Under the pieces are notes generated by a model. The model was not told the origin of the DNA, made no database searches, and saw only the letters and a list, made by a program, of their open reading frames with translations. A program made the position numbers and the translations under genes. Shown here piece by piece: positions 54,154 through 64,000 of a stretch of 64,000 bases of DNA (positions within the stretch are counted from its first letter, which is position 1; each line of letters starts with the position of its first letter). The DNA comes from a virus (lineage: Duplodnaviria > Caudoviricetes): positions 476 through 64,475 of the IMG/VR virus record IMGVR_UViG_3300025727_000012; one strand, given 5' to 3'.

Positions 54154-56903
54154 TTTGCTTTCTCCTGGGTAAGGCTGTTTGTGGAGCTGTCAGCTTTCTC
54201 GCTGCTCAGTGCACCGTTCGTGTTATAAACCGCCATAGACTCTTGTTTTGCCTGAATGGTCGTGTCAAATCTACCTGGAGATATCGTATTGGATATGCTG
54301 TTGACGATGTAGTAGCCCCCCAAACCCAGACGACCAGCAGTGGACGCAGCACCCCTTCCAGGAAGGGTTGGAAGTAGATAAAATCTACTTCCCAACGTAA
54401 AAATCGTATTACCCAAAGCAGATATCCCTACTTGGTATGGCTGGCGAGCAATGTCTACAGAGGAACCTTTAGCGGCGGAGACAATGGCAGATTCTCTAAG
54501 CCCTTTAATCGGCTCCATTTGAAAGCTAACATTGTGTATCAAGCCAGAATCCTGACCCATATAATAATGCGCGATGCCTTTTGCCGCGTCCTTCGCTTTA
54601 TTGCCACCAGAAGTTACCGGCTTGTTAATATCTGAAGAAATAAGTAAGTACGGCTTGGGTTTGCCGTTGCCTGGATAGTGGAATAGTCCTGAATCTTCCG
54701 ACACTAAACTAGTTAAGTTTTGCCGCCCTAGGATCTTTGGAGAAAATCTTCTACTACTCATTTCTCCCGCAACCATTTTGACAACATTAGGATTTCCGCT
54801 AGCAGGTGATTCATAGAATGCCTCTCCTGTGAAAACAGGTCTAATCAAGGTTCTAATCAGGTCATTCAAAAAATCAGACAGAGGGATTGACGAGCGCTTC
54901 TTTGCGACGTAATTCTTGTGAAACCAAGCGTTATATCTTCCCACCGTTATTGGAATGTCCACCATTTCAATCATTTGACTAGTGCCCTTGAAGAGATTAT
55001 TAAAAGAGAAGCTCCCTAATATCATATATGGCATTTCTTCAGACTTGTTAGATTCTTCTGCAATCTTGTATAACACTTCGATCAAATCGCCAAGATAGAA
55101 GAATGATATATAATGAGAATTGGCAGCGTCCTGAGAGTCATAAGTTATTTCCGAAAGAATTTCACCGGCAGATATACTGACACCTGTGGGGCTTGCAGCG
55201 ATGTCCGGTACAACAACTAAATCTTTTGGTTTCTGCTTCGGGCCCTTGGACCCCTTATCCTCCCCATTCCCAACTTCACCGTTCAGTTTTTCCTGATCTT
55301 GTTTTATTTTGGCGGCATCAGAAGCACGCGGGTCGTTAGACCTCTGGCTTTCGTTTACACCTTTTTCTACAATTGCTAGTTTTGAATTCTCTTCTCTGAT
55401 CTTTTTGTTCATTTGACTTGCAGAGGCTCTGTTTTCAATACTCCGCTTATATTTCTCATAAGCGGCCTTATCTACTTTAAGTATCCTGATCCTACTCTCA
55501 TCTTTACCAAAGTTGTTAAGCATTCTCTGAACTCTTGACATATTCTCCTGTCTTCTTTGGGCTGTTTCTCTGTCAATGCTCGCGATGACCTCTTCTTCTA
55601 AGAACTTTTCTGGGTTTCCGGCGTTGAGGGCGTCCTTGAGTTTGCCCTGCAACTCATCGGTGACATTAAGCTGATCTTGCTGATTCAAGTTCTCCGTTGC
55701 TTCAATTATAATTTGAGCGGCAGTGTTTTCTTCAAGCTGCATTGCCAATTCGGGGTTTGCCATTTTCAGTTCTTCAAAATTTTCTAAACCAAATTCTTGT
55801 GCTTTCACGTCTAGGGGAGTCTCGTTGATCGGGCCAGAGACAGGAAGCCCTTTGGTGGCCAAAGGGCTATTTGATAAAGTGTTCAGTGCAGAGACGGCGG
55901 AGGCTCGGCGGACTACTTGATCTCTGTGCACCGACAACAAGTCGAAGCTTTTAGTGAAATTGTCAATTCTTCCAACGTAGTCTATCACCAAGTCGAACGA
56001 TCCGTCTTGTTCGAAATTAAATTCAAATTGGACCATATTCATAACCAAAGTCGCTCTTGCCTGTTTTACGGCGTTGTAGAGTCTTTCTCCCAGAAGTTCT
56101 TTAGCGCCGGTGGATGCGGACCATCCAACTACCGCTTTGATCTCGACCCCGGTTTGGCTTCTAGCAAATATCGTTCTATATGGTTCTTGGTCCAACAGGG
56201 ACAGAGTGTCGCAAAATATCGTAAGCTTTGCAGTTATGTTGCCCTGATATGCTGGGTCTTTGCCGCGTAAATCCCACTGAAATTGTTTTATTCCTATATT
56301 ACCTTTACCCACCTGGCCTCTGGCAAAAGGATCCAACATAGAGGAATTGGCATCTAGATAGCCCCCCTGAAAGGGTATCTCTACTTCGCTTATGTTTACC
56401 CCCAGGTTGCGGCGGTCTTGCCTGAGCAGAGAAAACCTCATATATGGAGTCAATAACGAAACTTGCATAGGTGTAATTGTGTTAAAGTCTTCAATTCCAG
56501 AAAACTTGTTGAATAAATTTTGCGGAGACATCGAACTTTCAGACCTAAGTGATGTAAAATATTTTCCATATGAGTTCTTTTGGTTATGCGCAACCAGATC
56601 CTCAAGAGCTGAGATCAGAAAGTAACCCTCATTGTAATTTCGTTCAAGTACTCCAATAGCGCTGGCGACGTCTGTCTTTTTTTGTAGTATTCGGGCTAAT
56701 TCGTCGTCTACAGCTTCCGCTGACGGTTCTACACCGCGCTTCTCCATAGCCTCCTCAATTTTGTCCAGTTGATCCTCTTTGGAGAGTTTATAGAATGCAT
56801 TTTCTTCGGGGGTAAACGCTCCTTGTAGTGCTGTTTTACTTTTACCCTCGGTTTTTACGACCCCACGAGAAGAGGGGGCCACCGCCTTTATCGTTTCCGT
56901 CAC
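54150..56903 (-). CDS. baseplate hub-like protein
   Basis: position after LysM gene; C-terminal GNT.F..G..F...LGLGGYY.V..I. Confidence 0.65.
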   Translation of the reverse strand: MTETIKAVAPSSRGVVKTEGKSKTALQGAFTPEENAFYKLSKEDQLDKIEEAMEKRGVEPSAEAVDDELARILQKKTDVASAIGVLERNYNEGYFLISALEDLVAHNQKNSYGKYFTSLRSESSMSPQNLFNKFSGIEDFNTITPMQVSLLTPYMRFSLLRQDRRNLGVNISEVEIPFQGGYLDANSSMLDPFARGQVGKGNIGIKQFQWDLRGKDPAYQGNITAKLTIFCDTLSLLDQEPYRTIFARSQTGVEIKAVVGWSASTGAKELLGERLYNAVKQARATLVMNMVQFEFNFEQDGSFDLVIDYVGRIDNFTKSFDLLSVHRDQVVRRASAVSALNTLSNSPLATKGLPVSGPINETPLDVKAQEFGLENFEELKMANPELAMQLEENTAAQIIIEATENLNQQDQLNVTDELQGKLKDALNAGNPEKFLEEEVIASIDRETAQRRQENMSRVQRMLNNFGKDESRIRILKVDKAAYEKYKRSIENRASASQMNKKIREENSKLAIVEKGVNESQRSNDPRASDAAKIKQDQEKLNGEVGNGEDKGSKGPKQKPKDLVVVPDIAASPTGVSISAGEILSEITYDSQDAANSHYISFFYLGDLIEVLYKIAEESNKSEEMPYMILGSFSFNNLFKGTSQMIEMVDIPITVGRYNAWFHKNYVAKKRSSIPLSDFLNDLIRTLIRPVFTGEAFYESPASGNPNVVKMVAGEMSSRRFSPKILGRQNLTSLVSEDSGLFHYPGNGKPKPYLLISSDINKPVTSGGNKAKDAAKGIAHYYMGQDSGLIHNVSFQMEPIKGLRESAIVSAAKGSSVDIARQPYQVGISALGNTIFTLGSRFYLLPTLPGRGAASTAGRLGLGGYYIVNSISNTISPGRFDTTIQAKQESMAVYNTNGALSSEKADSSTNSLTQEKAK

Positions 56904-56905
56904 TT

Positions 56906-57244
56906 TTAAACTCCCAACTTGGTAAGTACATCGTCAATTGGAGTTGGTATATACAATAAGTCTCCCGGTCTTACATGACTGTCTGTGGGTTTTTGATTAA
57001 ACCAGGATATGACCCACCAAAGTTCAGGGTTGCCATAAAAATCAGCAGCAAGCTTATAGAATTTATCGCCCAGCCCCCAACGATAAGGAAAGGTTTGAAT
57101 CTCTGCTAGATCACGCAAATTTAGATGTTTTAAATTTGGAGAGGAGTACATTCTAATAAACTTTCTATTTCTTTTGGCGAACTTGTGTTGGTATTGCTCC
57201 AAATCATTAATTACTGTTCTTCTGTTGGAATATCTTCTAGTCAT
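56906..57244 (-). CDS. LysM/gp53-like baseplate protein
   Basis: GDKFYKLAADFYGNPELWWVI...PGDLLYIP. Confidence 0.85.
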   Translation of the reverse strand: MTRRYSNRRTVINDLEQYQHKFAKRNRKFIRMYSSPNLKHLNLRDLAEIQTFPYRWGLGDKFYKLAADFYGNPELWWVISWFNQKPTDSHVRPGDLLYIPTPIDDVLTKLGV

Positions 57245-57245
57245 T

Positions 57246-58187
57246 TTAGTCTCCGCCTGACATATAATTACTTGGGTCATCAGGGTCACTGAATATTTGC
57301 TGTTCTGCGAGTCTGCTTTGATTTAACTCCGCAACACTGATTGACATCGGAGCATCTGGACTGGATATACCTACCTCTGAATCTGATACGATCTCTCTTT
57401 TCTCACTAGCTGCTTTGTTCGCAGGTTTTGCCTTTCTCGTGTCTTTACATATAGAATGATCTCCGGTCATCGGGTGAACGCCGTATGCGTAATTTGTCGC
57501 GCCGGCGTCATCACCAAGCCAGTTTATATTGTCTTCGTTCCACCCGAGAGCGTGAGAATGAAGAACCGTAAATGTACAAGAAAGCTCAAACTCTTTTGGA
57601 TACAGAATACCGGGTGCCGGATTAAAGAATCCCATATCAAGGTTTGGCTTCATAGAAAATCCAGAGACTGTTCCCACGAGACCCCCCTCGACTGCGCTGG
57701 GGGAGGTGGTATTTGTTCGAACATCTTGCACTAAGTTTGCAAATTTTATTTTCATCACTGGTGAAGAAGACATAGTGCGAATGGTTTGACCTAAATTGTT
57801 CTTTCTCACTTCGTACGTTGGATACAACATCGATGACAAGTGTTCAAAACTGTGCAAGTTCGCTTGAGCGTCGTTCACACTAACAGATGGCACAGACCAG
57901 CCCAATTCTATAACCCTCTGTGTGCCTTGGAATATCTGAATCGGGTCCATCCTACCATACACTGAGACAGACTTGAAATCACTTTTCCACCTATCTTCGA
58001 ATTGAGTTAAGAAAGATTTAAATTGTACACATTTCCCTGTAGCAATGTGATGTAGGTCAATTTGCCAAAACCGAGTGTTTGCGAATCCGTCGTCGGCTGG
58101 CACATACCCTGGACCTATATTGTCTGCTGGTCCCGAGCGATGGCCAACTGAATTTAACGAACTATTGAATATCTTGCGACCTGACAT
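57246..58187 (-). CDS. tail tube initiator / baseplate protein
   Basis: VYGRMDPI..FQGTQR.I...LYP; follows tape measure. Confidence 0.7.
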   Translation of the reverse strand: MSGRKIFNSSLNSVGHRSGPADNIGPGYVPADDGFANTRFWQIDLHHIATGKCVQFKSFLTQFEDRWKSDFKSVSVYGRMDPIQIFQGTQRVIELGWSVPSVSVNDAQANLHSFEHLSSMLYPTYEVRKNNLGQTIRTMSSSPVMKIKFANLVQDVRTNTTSPSAVEGGLVGTVSGFSMKPNLDMGFFNPAPGILYPKEFELSCTFTVLHSHALGWNEDNINWLGDDAGATNYAYGVHPMTGDHSICKDTRKAKPANKAASEKREIVSDSEVGISSPDAPMSISVAELNQSRLAEQQIFSDPDDPSNYMSGGD

Positions 58188-58213
58188 CTAGCGTTGTTCT
58201 CCTTGATCTTGTT

Positions 58214-61057
58214 CTATACAGTACTTAGATTATAAAAGTCTTTATTTATACCGTTTATTGCTGCCCTGGCTATTTCTCTTCTGTCTATGTTTATAACAAC
58301 GTCTCTTTGATCCCCACCGCTGTTGGACATTATATCTATTAACTTGTCTAACTTCTTAGCCAACACACCGCCTTCTTTTGACGCCACTGCTTCAAATCCG
58401 TCACTGGAGTTGAATCTTGCGCCGCCGCCAGACGGTGAAGATATATATGCGTCGTTCATGGCCTGGGGTTGTTTTGGAGTTGGTTTCTTCAAATCGTCAC
58501 CAAAGAATGCTTCAGAAACAAACCGACCGATGGGCACTGAAAGTCCTGGTAGGCTTTCAGCCATATAACCTCCAAGTGTGCGACCCAGGAAATCGCCGCC
58601 CATATAAGCAAGTAGCGAGGCACCTGCGCCGGCACCCACCGTAACGGTATTAAGCGCTGCGGTAGCGAGTGCGCCGCCTGCTACGCCTCCGACCGAACTA
58701 AGCACTTGTGATCCTATTTGCTGATGAAGGTCAGCACCCCGTTCGCCGGAGTCTATAAGTCCCTTGATGTTGCTGCCGGCCATAATAGTCTCGATCAACG
58801 CACCCACCAATGGGAGTTTACCTATTGCCTTGAAAATCTTCAAACCTTTGCCCTTGTCGATACTACTTAAAAGCTTACCTAGACTAGAATTCATAGCTTT
58901 GTCTTTTAGTGCTCCTGCATGCTTGGATACAAACGCGCCGGCTTGCCCAGACTTTTCAGCAATAAAAGATCCTGCTTGCCCTGCCTTGTTTTTTACATAT
59001 CCGCCGGCGTCTTTGGCCATATTCATTGCACCAGTACCAAACGATTTTGCACCACCCACCAAGGATTTACCCGTATCGGACAAGGACCCAAGGCTGAAGA
59101 GGCCCGCTGTCGCAGCGCCCATTTTTCCAAGCATACCTCCTCTGCCCATTCCGACGATTTTGCTGCCCAGTCCGCCGGGAGGTTTGCCTCCCTGGAATTT
59201 GGAGCCTGCGAACTTTCCGCCACCCTTGCCGCCGCGTATGCGGAATCTGCGTCTACCGCCGCCGCCGCCGCCACCCATACCGCCCATTCCACCACCAAGC
59301 GGAACAACATAAGAAGGATTTATTGGTGTGCCGCCTGGCATCAAGCGACCCATTACGGCACCCATAGCAGCTTTCACTGCTAATGTGCCAATAGCAGCAG
59401 CACCGCCGAGACCAAGAACACCCATTATCGGACTTCCGGTTATTGACGTTATGGCACCACTGACGGTTCCCATAACTTTGGCAATGCCCTTAACTAACCC
59501 AAATATTCCCTCAAAAACACCCTTGATATTTTTCATCGTCTTATCGCTAAAAAGATCATTGCCGAAAGCAGCCGTCATTGCTTTTTCTAGTTCTAAACCT
59601 AGGCGAGTCATGACGTCCATCATTCTGACTCTTTCTTTTTGCATATTGGCTGCTGTTTCAGCTTGGGTGTCTGCATCGGCCATTGCGGCTCGAATTTGGT
59701 CGGAGCTTTTTGCCATCATTTTTCCTAGTTGTGTGACAGACATACCCATCTGTTCAGCAATGGCGGCTTTTTTGAATTTATCAAGCTGATCGAAAGACTT
59801 GCCGGACACCTCAAGACCTTCTTTAAGCAAGACAAGCCTCTCAGATTCTGTGGCGGACAGCAACTCTATAGTGTCCATATAGGGCCCACCCAAAAGTGCA
59901 TTAAGATTTCCAGCCGATGTTGCGGCGGTATCGAACGTGTCGAATTGTGCCATACTCTGTAACATTGAGCCAACATCCATATTCAGTAACTGGCTAGCAC
60001 CTTGGATTCGCTTAAATTCTCCGACCATTCTCGGGCCATATTTAGCCAGTTCTTTCGATGCGCCGTTGAATCCAGATATAATCATATCCGGTGGAAGCTT
60101 GAGTTGCCGCGCTAGTGCTGCTAGCTCTCTAGCCGTCTCTTCCGATGCTGGTAGCGACATACCCATTGAAGTGGTTAAAAAACCGATGGCTTCTCCGGTA
60201 GATTGTGCTGCGACTCCAAATTGTTCCAGGGTCGCGACAGTTTTCAATACAGTATCTTGATTAGTTGTGTTTAAATTATAAAATCCTTGAAACTCTGTCT
60301 GCATTGCTGCAAGCGCGTTTGCGACCTCTGGGCCACGCATTGACAGTGACTGACTCTCGTTGGCAATTTTGGCCATCCTGGGTGCCATATCTGCCATACC
60401 TGTGGACTGAAACAAATTGTTTTGGGCTTTATCCAGTGACGTAAAAGATTCAACAGCAGCGTTGACGAAACCGCCAAAAAGTTTCATAGGAGTAAACGAC
60501 TTTAAAACATTTTTAAAAAGTTGTCCAGAGGATTTAGATAGATCTTTAAATCCCTTGGCACTCAAGGTTGCATCGTCAACAAAGCTGCCGAAACCCTTTT
60601 GAGCAAATCCTATATTTTGCGCAAGGTTAGCTGAAGCACCTTCGATGGCGGCGAATATTTCCTGTCCTTTTGCTAGTGCTTTGTTGTATTTAACCTGCTC
60701 TATAATTTTCGCTTTTTGGTCTTGAAGTTCCTTCGCCGTGGCGTCTTTAGAAGACAGGAGCAAGTCCATCTTCAGCTTTTCTATCTCTAACTGCTCTTGG
60801 CCGATATGAGTTAAAACCTGATGCTTTGAGTACTGTTCTCCAACAGCATTCATTATCTTTTCTTCAAGTTCTAGTTTTTTTGCTTTTAACTTAAGGTCTG
60901 CTTCCGCTTGGACAACCTGTTTTTGGATTTCCTCTGGGGATGAGGATTTTGGCCTGTTTCCCATCATAGCTTGAATAGACTTTACCGCTTGGGCTGCGTC
61001 TCTTGAGCTAAGGCCGGACTTTTCTAATATACTCTGTAACTCTTTTTTATCAGCCAC
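58214..61057 (-). CDS. tape measure protein
   Basis: 947 aa, Ala/Gly/Met-rich helical, Gly-rich linker; position in tail operon. Confidence 0.8.
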   Translation of the reverse strand: MADKKELQSILEKSGLSSRDAAQAVKSIQAMMGNRPKSSSPEEIQKQVVQAEADLKLKAKKLELEEKIMNAVGEQYSKHQVLTHIGQEQLEIEKLKMDLLLSSKDATAKELQDQKAKIIEQVKYNKALAKGQEIFAAIEGASANLAQNIGFAQKGFGSFVDDATLSAKGFKDLSKSSGQLFKNVLKSFTPMKLFGGFVNAAVESFTSLDKAQNNLFQSTGMADMAPRMAKIANESQSLSMRGPEVANALAAMQTEFQGFYNLNTTNQDTVLKTVATLEQFGVAAQSTGEAIGFLTTSMGMSLPASEETARELAALARQLKLPPDMIISGFNGASKELAKYGPRMVGEFKRIQGASQLLNMDVGSMLQSMAQFDTFDTAATSAGNLNALLGGPYMDTIELLSATESERLVLLKEGLEVSGKSFDQLDKFKKAAIAEQMGMSVTQLGKMMAKSSDQIRAAMADADTQAETAANMQKERVRMMDVMTRLGLELEKAMTAAFGNDLFSDKTMKNIKGVFEGIFGLVKGIAKVMGTVSGAITSITGSPIMGVLGLGGAAAIGTLAVKAAMGAVMGRLMPGGTPINPSYVVPLGGGMGGMGGGGGGGRRRFRIRGGKGGGKFAGSKFQGGKPPGGLGSKIVGMGRGGMLGKMGAATAGLFSLGSLSDTGKSLVGGAKSFGTGAMNMAKDAGGYVKNKAGQAGSFIAEKSGQAGAFVSKHAGALKDKAMNSSLGKLLSSIDKGKGLKIFKAIGKLPLVGALIETIMAGSNIKGLIDSGERGADLHQQIGSQVLSSVGGVAGGALATAALNTVTVGAGAGASLLAYMGGDFLGRTLGGYMAESLPGLSVPIGRFVSEAFFGDDLKKPTPKQPQAMNDAYISSPSGGGARFNSSDGFEAVASKEGGVLAKKLDKLIDIMSNSGGDQRDVVINIDRREIARAAINGINKDFYNLSTV

Positions 61058-61068
61058 GTTCGCCTACC

Positions 61069-61389
61069 TCATTTAACCGGCCAGGCCAGTCCCGTGTCTC
61101 TTTCGAACTTTTTAACCGCTGAATCCAACCTGTATCTGCTTTTGTAAGTGGCTGGATTGTTGAGTCCGTGCTTGTTGAAGGCGACAGCAAAGGCTTTCTC
61201 TGCAGCGAGAGCGTTACTAAACCTGTCAAGCTGTTTTGGTGTGCCTTTGACCTTTACCGGAAAAGGAGATCCAGTAAAGAGAACATTGAGCACCCTCTCC
61301 AATTGTGCACCTTGTTGCATAAGAAACATCGGTGCTTCGCTTATCTTTGTAAAATCTAATACTATCTCTTCTTGCTCTGTCAACTTCAT
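61069..61389 (-). CDS. conserved late protein
   Basis: late box ACTAATTA at 61413; RBS GAGG. Confidence 0.7.
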   Translation of the reverse strand: MKLTEQEEIVLDFTKISEAPMFLMQQGAQLERVLNVLFTGSPFPVKVKGTPKQLDRFSNALAAEKAFAVAFNKHGLNNPATYKSRYRLDSAVKKFERDTGLAWPVK

Positions 61390-61427
61390 TTCCTCGATAT
61401 AAGTCTACACCATAATTAGTAACCACT

Positions 61428-61457
61428 AAAATAAAATAGGGCCTCGGAGGCCCTATT
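61428..61457 (-). terminator. intrinsic terminator
   Basis: AATAGGGCCT-N3-AGGCCCTATT followed by T-rich tract on minus strand. Confidence 0.75.
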
Positions 61458-61466
61458 AGATTACGA

Positions 61467-61670
61467 TCATTTTCGTCTAGATTTTTGAGACTGTTTTTCT
61501 ATTTCAGCGTTCTCGTCTTCATTATGTTTTATAATCCTTCTAATGAACCACCTTCTAATCTGAATCGGTAAGTTGTAGGCTTCAAAAAAGCTCCAACCTC
61601 CGTGGTGTTTCAATATAAACAACTCCTCATAGACAGACTCTATGTATTCATTGTTCAGGCCAAAAAAACC
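61467..61670 (-). CDS. tail assembly chaperone, second part (probably reached by frameshift)
   Basis: GFFGLNNEY...HHGGWSF.EAYNLP..IRRWF; +1 frame relative to upstream gene across T7 run. Confidence 0.65.
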   Translation of the reverse strand, partial: GFFGLNNEYIESVYEELFILKHHGGWSFFEAYNLPIQIRRWFIRRIIKHNEDENAEIEKQSQKSRRK

Positions 61671-62511
61671 CGGTTGTGATTGGCACGTCCACCTCGCTGT
61701 CTGCTTCGCAATGTTCACAAGTCATCTCTTGAGAAAACTTGACGTTCGGTGACATGTCGGAATAAACACCCCTCAAGAACCTTGAGTCTGCGGCGGGCAT
61801 CGCCTCTAGAAATTCACTCAACTGGGATGGGTCCTCGACGCCGTTGGCACTTACCACAATGCTCTTCAGCAAATCAGTAGATTGTGAGTCTGGCAAACTG
61901 TTCTTCTGCTTTAGCTGCGTCGATTTTGTCAACTTCTCTTCATCGTGGCCTGTCAAAAACCTAACATCAACACTAATTTTTGTGACAGGTAAATCCACAC
62001 TGAAGGTTCCATTTGAATTTATTTGAATATCGCTCGTAGTCTCTGGCATACTGTAATGATCTGTGTACTTGGACAAATCAAAATTTATATCGTTGTCGGA
62101 CCCACACATATTACACGTCGCCTGAGCTTCGTATGCTGCACCGTAACCCGTTATTCTAACTGCATACATTAAAGCGTTTCTGTCCCCAACTAACAAGTCT
62201 TTTGCATTGATGTTTTCATCAATGATGACACTTTGCAATAATCTATCAATAGCTATGCCCTTCTTGAGAAGGGAAGGAGAGGTCAGAATGTCCTCGTCCT
62301 TGGCTGTCATAAACCTTATTTCTATGTTGTCTTTTCCGTACAGGGGACTGCCCTCTGGATAGAAGAGCCCTTTTGAGGGGAGATCCACGATCTCCGTTGG
62401 GACTGCAAAGTTTAACAAACTGTTCGTGGTACTTATATTTAATGGCATTGAAGCCGGGGGTGGGGCCTGTGATGCGCCGGCTGCGCGTCGCTTGGCATTT
62501 CTATTACTCAT
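61648..62511 (-). CDS. T4 gp26-like baseplate/tail assembly chaperone
   Basis: LPSKG..YP, RFMTAKDEDILT, GDRNAL, two CxxC, C-terminal FFWP. Confidence 0.8.
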   Translation of the reverse strand: MSNRNAKRRAAGASQAPPPASMPLNISTTNSLLNFAVPTEIVDLPSKGLFYPEGSPLYGKDNIEIRFMTAKDEDILTSPSLLKKGIAIDRLLQSVIIDENINAKDLLVGDRNALMYAVRITGYGAAYEAQATCNMCGSDNDINFDLSKYTDHYSMPETTSDIQINSNGTFSVDLPVTKISVDVRFLTGHDEEKLTKSTQLKQKNSLPDSQSTDLLKSIVVSANGVEDPSQLSEFLEAMPAADSRFLRGVYSDMSPNVKFSQEMTCEHCEADSEVDVPITTGFFWPEQ

Positions 62512-62576
62512 ATATCCTCACTTTCTTTAACAAAAAAACTGTAACTTATATTCTCAAATTAGCCTTGTGCTTATTA

Positions 62577-63206
62577 TTAGAGCGCACTAAAGTCTGCGCC
62601 GGCTGCTAGAGCGCTGGGTTTCTTATCAAGCTCCGAAGCGATTACGCCAGACCCCCGACCGGTAAGGTCTGCCCAGTCATACCGAAGGGTTAACTCGATG
62701 TTTAAGAGATCGTCACTCTCGTAATCAAGCTCATCGAAACTGACAGATTTGATGAATGGATTGTAAAGTTTCCATTCCTCGTTGACCCTACCGTTCGAAT
62801 CAATCTGCTGAATGTATATCGCTCCGCCCAGCGCTTTCGTAGCGCCGGCCTTTGACATAGTGTATACGCGGTTTGCTTCCAATCCTTGCGTATCGGGTAT
62901 ATTGTTGGCGTTCAAAAAGTTGTGCGGTGGCACATAGCCAGACTGTTTAAGTAACGCCATCATTGTCCTAGAAGCGTCGGGGCTCACTGGGTCAACAAGT
63001 GTCATACTTATTTCCGACCACTCCACTCGGCCAGGGTAGTAGAACTTGTAGTTCAGGAAGCTATGTTCTGCTTCTCCCAAACTGAAGTTCGGTTTTCCGA
63101 CCTTTTTCATTATCCACTGTGGTACCCCTCTGAAACTGAGGAGCCATCTGAATTTTCTCTTTGGCTCGATACTAGCATCTGACCAAAATCCGTCTACGCC
63201 TGGCAT
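62577..63206 (-). CDS. tail tube protein (gp19-like)
   Basis: EPKRKFRW, YPGRVEW..I, ELDY, LRYDWA. Confidence 0.88.
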   Translation of the reverse strand: MPGVDGFWSDASIEPKRKFRWLLSFRGVPQWIMKKVGKPNFSLGEAEHSFLNYKFYYPGRVEWSEISMTLVDPVSPDASRTMMALLKQSGYVPPHNFLNANNIPDTQGLEANRVYTMSKAGATKALGGAIYIQQIDSNGRVNEEWKLYNPFIKSVSFDELDYESDDLLNIELTLRYDWADLTGRGSGVIASELDKKPSALAAGADFSAL

Positions 63207-63268
63207 TATAACTGCCCTCCTAAAAATAATATGTTACACACTCTTAAATAGTGTGGCCAAAGTTTTTT

Positions 63269-64000
63269 TCAATCATCAAATGATGCGCCAGAGTTCGTAA
63301 TCGTAAAGTCGATTGCAATAAACTCAATGGCTCTTGCTGGCTTCAAGAAAATCTTGGCATACATCACGTTTCTATCAACCAAATCTGGTGTAGTAGTAGA
63401 CTCGTCGAGAATTACTCTGTAGTCAGTCAAACCGAGTCTAGCTCTTACACTATCAAGGAATGGTTCTACCTCACCTCGGAACTTGTTCCAAGTCGACTGT
63501 ACGTTCTGATCGAAAAGTAGTCTTGAAGCAATTCTAGAAATTTCTTTCTTGACAAAGATCATAAGTCTTCTGACGTTGATCCTATCAAGTGCCGAAGGGG
63601 TGACCTGAAGCGTCTTCTGGCCAAAGATCACTATGCCTTCTGCTGGGAACGTTGCGATTGGGTTAACGTTTGCATCGTAAAGTTTATCTCTGTCTCTGGA
63701 CGAAAGTCTCTGTGAAACGCCAATCACTGGCAACCCTGCCGAACCTTCCGACAACCCGCCTCTAGTAAATCCTGCTGGAGCGAACCACAATTCGGAGTTT
63801 GCTTGAGAAGAAGCGAACGTACCGATTGCTGCAACTGATGGTGGCACCCAAACTTGCTTTGAATTGATCTCATCAAAGATCTTAACCCAAGGAAAGAAAG
63901 CGCAAGCATAGCTGCTGTTAATGTTTCGGTTTCTAAGAGAGTTAACTGCGGCCTGAACGGAAGCGTTTGCAACTCTTGTCTTGAAGTTATTTGTAGTCTC
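63269..64000 (-). CDS. tail sheath protein, C-terminal part (partial)
   Basis: NSSY...FPWV, WVPPS, WFAPAG..RG, GQKTLQ, LDRINVRRL, KPARAIEFI. Confidence 0.95.
   Translation of the reverse strand, partial: ETTNNFKTRVANASVQAAVNSLRNRNINSSYACAFFPWVKIFDEINSKQVWVPPSVAAIGTFASSQANSELWFAPAGFTRGGLSEGSAGLPVIGVSQRLSSRDRDKLYDANVNPIATFPAEGIVIFGQKTLQVTPSALDRINVRRLMIFVKKEISRIASRLLFDQNVQSTWNKFRGEVEPFLDSVRARLGLTDYRVILDESTTTPDLVDRNVMYAKIFLKPARAIEFIAIDFTITNSGASFDD

Noticed and set aside
59220-59300. GCC/CCG trinucleotide run
   Set aside because: It encodes the poly-Gly linker of the tape measure protein; not an independent element.

Overview
A 64-kb segment of a large lytic myovirus (distantly T4-like or jumbo-type). 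Essentially all genes are on the minus strand and use the standard genetic code. In transcription direction (right to left) it holds four blocks. (1) Contractile tail and baseplate genes (sheath, tube, assembly chaperone with a probable frameshift, tape measure, LysM, hub; ~52.9-64 kb). (2) A replication and nucleotide block (minimal PolA, tubulin-like protein, gp32-like SSB, RecA, 5'-3' exonuclease, DnaB, class II RNR, GroES, ThyX, SLT, DnaE, MTase plus putative REase, dUTPase, IMPDH/GMPR; ~31-53 kb). (3) A mixed block with ClpP, GroEL, glutaredoxin, endolysin, FKBP, tRNA-Arg, RNA ligase and MoxR/vWA (~7.5-31 kb). (4) An AT-richer array of tiny genes (0-7.5 kb). The most striking structure is regulatory. 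Seventeen copies of an ECF-sigma-like promoter cassette (TTTGAATA-N15-CGTCTAACC-N5-AACCAAC-RBS-ATG) sit in front of gene modules in the first 12.4 kb; the copies are mosaics of each other and are associated with duplicated genes. Two further promoter classes (sigma70-type, and a late-type CTAnTTA box that in two cases looks leaderless) partition the rest of the window. MopE-repeat/vWA and Cys-rich lipoproteins and a stand-alone LeuA regulatory domain suggest a Myxococcota/deltaproteobacterial host (inference). All calls come from motif recognition by eye; no searches were run.
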